From Eledone cirrhosa (Eukaryota): DNA of 64,000 bases. Position 1 is the first letter of the stretch. The number at the start of each line of letters is the position of its first letter. This document shows positions 57,701 to 64,000 of this stretch, one piece after another. A model generated the notes under the pieces. The model ran no database searches. It was given only the letters and a program-made list of their open reading frames with translations, and was not told where the DNA came from. The position numbers and the translations under genes were made by a program. The DNA lies in NCBI GenBank assembly GCA_964016885.1, contig OZ024741.1, positions 395,622,001 to 395,686,000 on the forward strand, read 5' to 3'.

Positions 57701-60700
57701 CTAGCTATATTCTCTTGTTGTGAGTGTCATACAACTAACTCTATTCTCTTGTTGTGAGTGTCATACAACTAACTATATACTCTTGTTGTGAGTGTCATAC
57801 AACTAACTATATTCTCTTGTTGTGAGTGTCATACAACTAGCTATATTCTCTTGTTGTGAGTGTCATACCACTAACTATATTCTCTTGTTGCGAGTGTCAT
57901 ACAACAAGCTATATTCTCTTGTTGTGAGTATCATACAACTAAATATATTCACTTGTTGTGAGTGTCATACAACTAACTCTATTCTCTTGTTGTGTATGTC
58001 ATACAACTAGCTATATTCTCTTGTTGTGAGTATCATACAACTAACTCTATTCTCTTGTTGTGTGTGTCATACAACTAACTGTATTCTCTTGTTATCAGTG
58101 TCATACAACTAGCTATATTCACTTGTTGTGAGTGTCATACAACTAACTATACACTCTTGTTTTGATTGTCATACAACTAACAATATTCTCTTGTTGTGAG
58201 GGTCATACAACTAGCTATATGCTCTTGTTGTGAGTGTCATACAACTAACTATATTCGCTTGTTGTGACTGTCATACAACTAACTATATACTCTTGTTGTG
58301 AGTGTCATGCAACAAGCTATATTCTCTTGTTGTGAGTGTCATACAACGAGCTATATTCTCTTGTTGTGAGTGTCATACAACTAGCTATATTCTCTTGTTG
58401 TGAGTGTCATACAACTAACTATATTCTCTTGTTGTGAGTGTCATATAACTAACTATATTCTCTTGTTGTGTGTGTCATACAACTAACTATATTCTCTTGT
58501 TGTGAGTGTCATACAACTAGCTATATACTCTTGTTGTGAGTGTCATACAACTAACTATATTCTCTTGTTGTGAGTGTCATACAACTAGCTATATACTCTT
58601 GTTGTGAGTGTCATACAACTAACTATATTCTCTTGTTGTGAGTGTCATACAACTAACTATATTCTCTTGTTGTGAGTGTCATACAACTAACTATATACTC
58701 TTGTTGTGAATGTCATATAACTAGCTATATGCTCTTGTTGCCAGTGTCATACAATTAACTATATTCTCTTGTTGTGAGTGTCATACAACTAGCTATATGC
58801 TCTTGTTGTGAGTGTCATACAACTAGATATATTCTCTTGTTGTGAGTGTCATACAACTAACTATATACTCTTGTTGTGAGTGTCATACAACTAGCTATAT
58901 GCTCTTGTTGTGAGTGTCATACCACTAACTATATTCTCTTGTTGTGAGTGTCATACAACTAACTATATACTCTTGTTGCGAGTGTCATACAACAAGCTAT
59001 ATTCTCTTGTTGTGAGTGTCATACAACTAACTATATTCTCTTGTTGTGAGTGTCATACAACTAACTTTATTCTGTTGTTGTGAGTGTCATACAACTAGCT
59101 ATATTCTCTTGTTGTGAGTGTCATACAACTAACTCTATTCTATTGTTGTGAGTGTCATACAACTAACTATATTCTCTTGTTGTGAGTGTCATACAACTAA
59201 CTATATTCTCTTGTTGTGAGTGTCATACAACTAGCTATATTCTCTTGTTGTGAGTGTCATACAACTAACTCTATTCTCTTGTTGTGAGTGTCATACAACT
59301 AACTATATACTCTTGTTGTGAGTGTCATACAACTAACTATATTCTCTTGTCGTGAGTGTCATACAACTAGCTATATGCTCTTGTCGTGAATGTCATACAA
59401 CAAGCTATATTCTCTTGTTGTGAGTGTCATACAACTAGCTATATTCTCTTGTTGTGAGTGTCATACAACTAAGTATATTCTCTTGTTGTGAGTGTCATAT
59501 AACTAACTATATTCTCTTGTTGTGTGTGTCATACAACTAACTATATTCTCTTGTTGTGAGTGTCATACAACTAGCTATATACTCTTGTTGTGAGTGTCAT
59601 ACAACTAACTATATTCTCTTGTTGTGAGTGTCATACAACTAACTATATTCTCTTGTTGTGAGTGTCATACAACTAACTATATTCTCTTGTTGTGCGTGTC
59701 ATACAACTAGCTATATTCTCTTCTTGTGAGTGTCATACAACTAGTTATATGCTCTTGTTGTGAATGTCATACAACAAGCTATATTCTCTTGTTGTGAGTG
59801 TCATACAACTAGCTATATTCTCTTGTTGTGAGTGTCATACAACTAGCTATATGCTCTTGTTGTGAATGTCATACAACAAGCTATATTCTCTTGTTGTGAG
59901 TGTCATACAACTAACTATATACTCTTGTTGTGAGTGTCATACAACTAACTATATTCTCTTGTTGTGAGTGTCATACAACTAACTATATTCTCTTGTTGTG
60001 AGTGTCATACAACTAGCTATATTCTCTTGTTGTGAGTGTCATACAACTAACTATATACTCTTGTTGTGATTGTCATACAACTAACTATATTCTCTTGTTG
60101 TGAGTGTCATACAACTAGCTATATGCTCTTGTTGTGAGTGTCATACAACTAACTATATACTCTTGTTATGAGTGTCATACAACTAGCTATATTCTCTTGT
60201 TGTGAGTGTCATACAACTAACTATATACTCTTGTTGTGAATGTCATATAACTAGCTATATGCTCTTGTTGCCAGTGTCATACAATTAACTATATTCTCTT
60301 GTTGTGAGTGTCATACAACTAACTCTATTCTCTTGTTGTGAGTGTCATACAACTAACTCTATTCTCTTGTTGTGAGTGTCATACAACTAACTATATACTC
60401 TTGTTGTGAGTGTCATACAACTAACTATATTCTCTTGTTGTGAGTGTCATACAACTAGCTATATTCTCTTGTTGTGAGTGTCATACCACTAACTATATTC
60501 TCTTGTTGCGAGTGTCATACAACAAGCTATATTCTCTTGTTGTGAGTATCATACAACTAAATATATTCTCTTGTTGTGAGTGTCATACAACTAACTCTAT
60601 TCTCTTGTTGTGTATGTCATACAACTAGCTATATTCTCTTGTTGTGAGTATCATACAACTAACTCTATTCTCTTGTTGTGTGTGTCATACAACTAACTAT

Positions 60701-61559
60701 ATTCTCTTGTTATCAGTGTCATACAACTAGCTATATTCACTTGTTGTGAGTGTCATACAACTAACTATACACTCTTGTTGTGATTGTCATACAACTAACA
60801 ATATTCTCTTGTTGTGAGTGTCATACAACTAGTTATATGCTCTTGTTGTGAGTGTCATACAACTAACTATATTCGCTTGTTGTGAGTGTCATACAACTAA
60901 CTATATACTCTTGTTGTGAGTGTCATGCAACAAGCTATATTCTCTTGTTGTGAGTGTCATACAACGAGCTATATTCTCTTGTCGTGAGTGTCATACAACT
61001 AGCTATATGCTCTTGTCGTGAATAACATACAACAAGCTATATTCTCTTGTTGTGAGTGTCATACAACTAGCTATATTCTCTTGTTGTGAGTGTCATACAA
61101 CTAACTATATTCTCTTGTTGTGAGTGTCATATAACTAACTATATTCTCTTGTTGTGTGTGTCATACAACTAACTATATTCTCTTGTTGTGAGTGTCATAC
61201 AACTAGCTATATACTCTTGTTGTGAGTGTCATACAACTAACTATATTCTCTTGTTGTGAGTGTCATACAACTAACTATATTCTCTTGTTGTGAGTGTCAT
61301 ACAACTAACTATATTCTCTTGTTGTGCGTGTCATACAACTAGCTATATTCTCTTCTTGTGAGTGTCATACAACTAGCTATATTCTCTTGTTGTGAGTGTC
61401 ATAAAACTAGCTATATGCTCTTGTTGTGAATGTCATACAACAAGCTATATTCTCTTGTTGTGAGTGTCATACAACTAACTATATACTCTTGTTGTGAGTG
61501 TCATACAACTAACTATATTCTCTTGTTGTGAGTGTCATACAACTAGCTATATTCTCTTG

Positions 61560-63900
61560 TTGTGAGTGTCATACAACTAACTATATACTCTTTTTGTGAT
61601 TGTCATACAACTAACTATATTCTCTTGTTGTGAGTGTCATACAACTAGCTATATGCTCTTGTCGTGAGTGTCATACAACTAACTATATACTCTTGTTGTG
61701 AGTGTCATACAACTAGCTATATGCTCTTGTTGCGAGTGTCATACAACTAACTATATACTCTTGTTGTGAATGTCATACAACTAACTATATACTCTTGTTG
61801 TGAGTGTCATACAACTAACTATATGCTCTTGTTTCGAGTATCATACAACTAACTATATACTCTTGTTGTGAGTGTCATACAACTAACTATATACCCTTGT
61901 TGCGAGTGTCATACAAGTAACTATATACTCTTGTTGTGACTGTCATACAACTAGCTATATGCTCTTGTTGCGAGTGTCATACAACTAACTATATACTCTT
62001 GTTGTGAGTGTCATACAACTAACTATATTCTCTTGTTGTGAGTGTCATACAACTAGCTATATTCTCTTGTTGTGCGTGTCATACTACTAACTATATTCTC
62101 TTGTTTCGAGTGTCATACAACTAACTATATACTCTTGTTGTGAGTGTCATACAACTAACTATATTCACTTGTTGCGAGTGTCATACAACAAGCTATATTC
62201 TCTTGTTGTGAGTGTCATAAAACTAACTATATTCTCTTGTTGTGAGTGTCATACAACTAACTATATTCTCTTGTTGTGAGTGTCATACAACTAACTATAT
62301 TCTCTTGTTGTGAGTGTCATACAACTAACTATATTCTCTTGTTGTGAGTGTCATACAACTAGCTATATTTCTTGTTGTGAGTGTCATACAACTAACTCTA
62401 TTCTCTTGTTGTGAGTGTCATACAACTAACTATATTCTCTTGTTGTGAGTGTCATACAACTAGCTATATTCTCTTGTTGTGATTGTCATACAACTAACTA
62501 TATTCTCTTGTTGTGAGTGTCATACAACTAGCTATATTCCCTGTTGTGAGTGTCATACAACTAACTATATTCTCTTGTTGTGAGTGTCATACAACTAACT
62601 ATATGCTCTTGTTGTGAGTGTCATACAACTAACTATATTCGCTCGTTGTGAGTGTCATACAACTAACTATATACTCTTGTTGTGAGTGTCATGCAACAAG
62701 CTATATTCTCTTGTTGTGAGTGTCATACAACTAACTATATACTCTTTTTGTGATTGTCATACAACTAACTATATTCTCTTGTTGTGAGTGTCATACAACT
62801 AGCTATATTCTCTTCGTGAGTGTCATACAACTAACTATATACTCTTGTTGTGAGTGTCATACAACTAGCTATATGCTCTTGTTGCGAGTGTCATACAACT
62901 AACTATATACTCTTGTTGTGAATGTCATACAACTAACTATATACTCTTGTTGTGAGTGTCATACAACTAACTATATGCTCTTGTTTCGAGTATCATACAA
63001 CTAACTATATACTCTTGTTGTAAGTGTCATACAACTAACTATATACCCTTGTTGCGAGTGTCATACAAGTAACTATATACTCTTGTTGTGACTGTCATAC
63101 AACTAGCTATATGCTCTTGTTGCGAGTGTCATACAACTAACTATATACTCTTGTTGTGAGTGTCATACAACTAACTATATTCTCTTGTTGTGAGTGTCAT
63201 ACAACTAGCTATATTCTCTTGTTGTGCGTGTCATACTACTAACTATATTCTCTTGTTTCGAGTGTCATACAACTAACTATATACTCTTGTTGTGAGTGTC
63301 ATACAACTAACTATATTCACTTGTTGCGAGTGTCATACAACAAGCTATATTCTCTTGTTGTGAGTGTCATAAAACTAACTATATTCTCTTGTTGTGAGTG
63401 TCATACAACTAACTATATTCTCTTGTTGTGAGTGTCATACAACTAACTATATTCTCTTGTTGTGAGTGTCATACAACTAACTATATTCTCTTGTTGTGAG
63501 TGTCATACAACTAGCTATATTTCTTGTTGTGAGTGTCATACAACTAACTCTATTCTCTTGTTGTGAGTGTCGTACAACTAACTATATTCTCTTGTTGTGA
63601 GTGTCATACAACTAGCTATATTCTCTTGTTGTGATTGTCATACAACTAACTATATTCTCTTGTTGTGAGTGTCATACAACTAGCTATATTCCCTGTTGTG
63701 AGTGTCATACAACTAACTATATTCTCTTGTTGTGAGTGTCATACAACTAACTATATTCTCTTGTTGTGAGTGTCATACAACTAACTATATGCTCTTGTTG
63801 TGAGTGTCATACAACTAACTATATTCGCTTGTTGTGAGTGTCATACAACTAACTATATACTCTTGTTGTGAGTGTCATGCAACAAGCTATATTCTCTTGT
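61560..63900. repeat. Tandem duplication of a ~1.15 kb (34-monomer) unit; related copy at about 51250-52400
   Basis: TTTTTGTGATT at 61591/62745 (1154 = 34x34-2); ATACCCTTG at 61891/63043 (1152, after a 2-bp deletion near 62815). Confidence 0.87.
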
Positions 63901-64000
63901 TGTGAGTGTCATACAACGAGCTATATTCTCTTGTCGTGAGTGTCATACAACTAGCTATATGCTCTTGTTGTGAATGTCATACAACAAGCTATATTCTCTT

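Larger units (their letters stand above)
1..64000. repeat. 34-bp tandem satellite array, about 1,880 monomers, consensus CTAACTATATTCTCTTGTTGTGAGTGTCATACAA; extends beyond both window ends
   Basis: Positions 1-34 recur directly at 35, 69, 103 and so on through 64000, typically with 0-3 substitutions per copy and rare 1-4 bp indels. I saw no inversion or unique insert. The commonest variable sites are monomer position 4 (A/G), 11 (T/A/G) and 21 (T/C). Confidence 0.99.

Noticed and set aside
10203-60628. Fourteen 62-72 aa ORFs on the + strand as protein-coding genes
   Set aside because: They start at a repeat-derived GTG, lie wholly inside the satellite, have no unique flanking or regulatory sequence, and share a length (189 nt) fixed by monomer arithmetic when one pair of stops is mutated. 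Identical ORFs simply mark duplicated blocks.
1-64000. CRISPR array (repeat-sized unit; GTTG...CAAC ends resemble some type II and VI-B direct repeats)
   Set aside because: The 15 nt between GTTGT...ACAAC units is itself conserved, so there are no unique spacers; no leader or cas genes are present.
1-64000. Telomerase-synthesised telomeric tract
   Set aside because: Variants are inherited in kb-scale duplicated blocks rather than re-templated, the unit has no G-runs and similar G and C counts, and no chromosome end is visible. A subtelomeric location cannot be excluded.
1-64000. Pure sequencing or rolling-circle amplification artefact, or synthetic concatemer
   Set aside because: Rare variants recur in the same order at exact long-range offsets and form nested mutation series, which random error would not produce. 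Local misassembly of individual blocks remains possible.

Overview
The whole 64 kb window is one uninterrupted, head-to-tail tandem array of a 34-bp AT-rich monomer (consensus CTAACTATATTCTCTTGTTGTGAGTGTCATACAA, 11/34 GC), about 1,880 copies, all in the same orientation and running off both window edges. It looks like satellite DNA (probably eukaryotic heterochromatin, though the host cannot be determined from the sequence). I see no genes, RNA genes, transposons, CRISPR spacers or unique sequence. The 14 listed ORFs are by-products of the repeat. The readable structure lies in the variant pattern: nested, monomer-phased duplications from about 0.2 kb to 6.5 kb, regionally restricted variant families, a ~2 kb island of private variants containing one strongly altered monomer, an internal dyad (GTTGT...ACAAC), and a recurring variant run that removes both in-frame stops of a cryptic peptide containing CxxCH. 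I do not recognise the monomer and found no strong evidence for a new gene system. Block boundaries were traced by eye from rare variants and are approximate, to within a few monomers.
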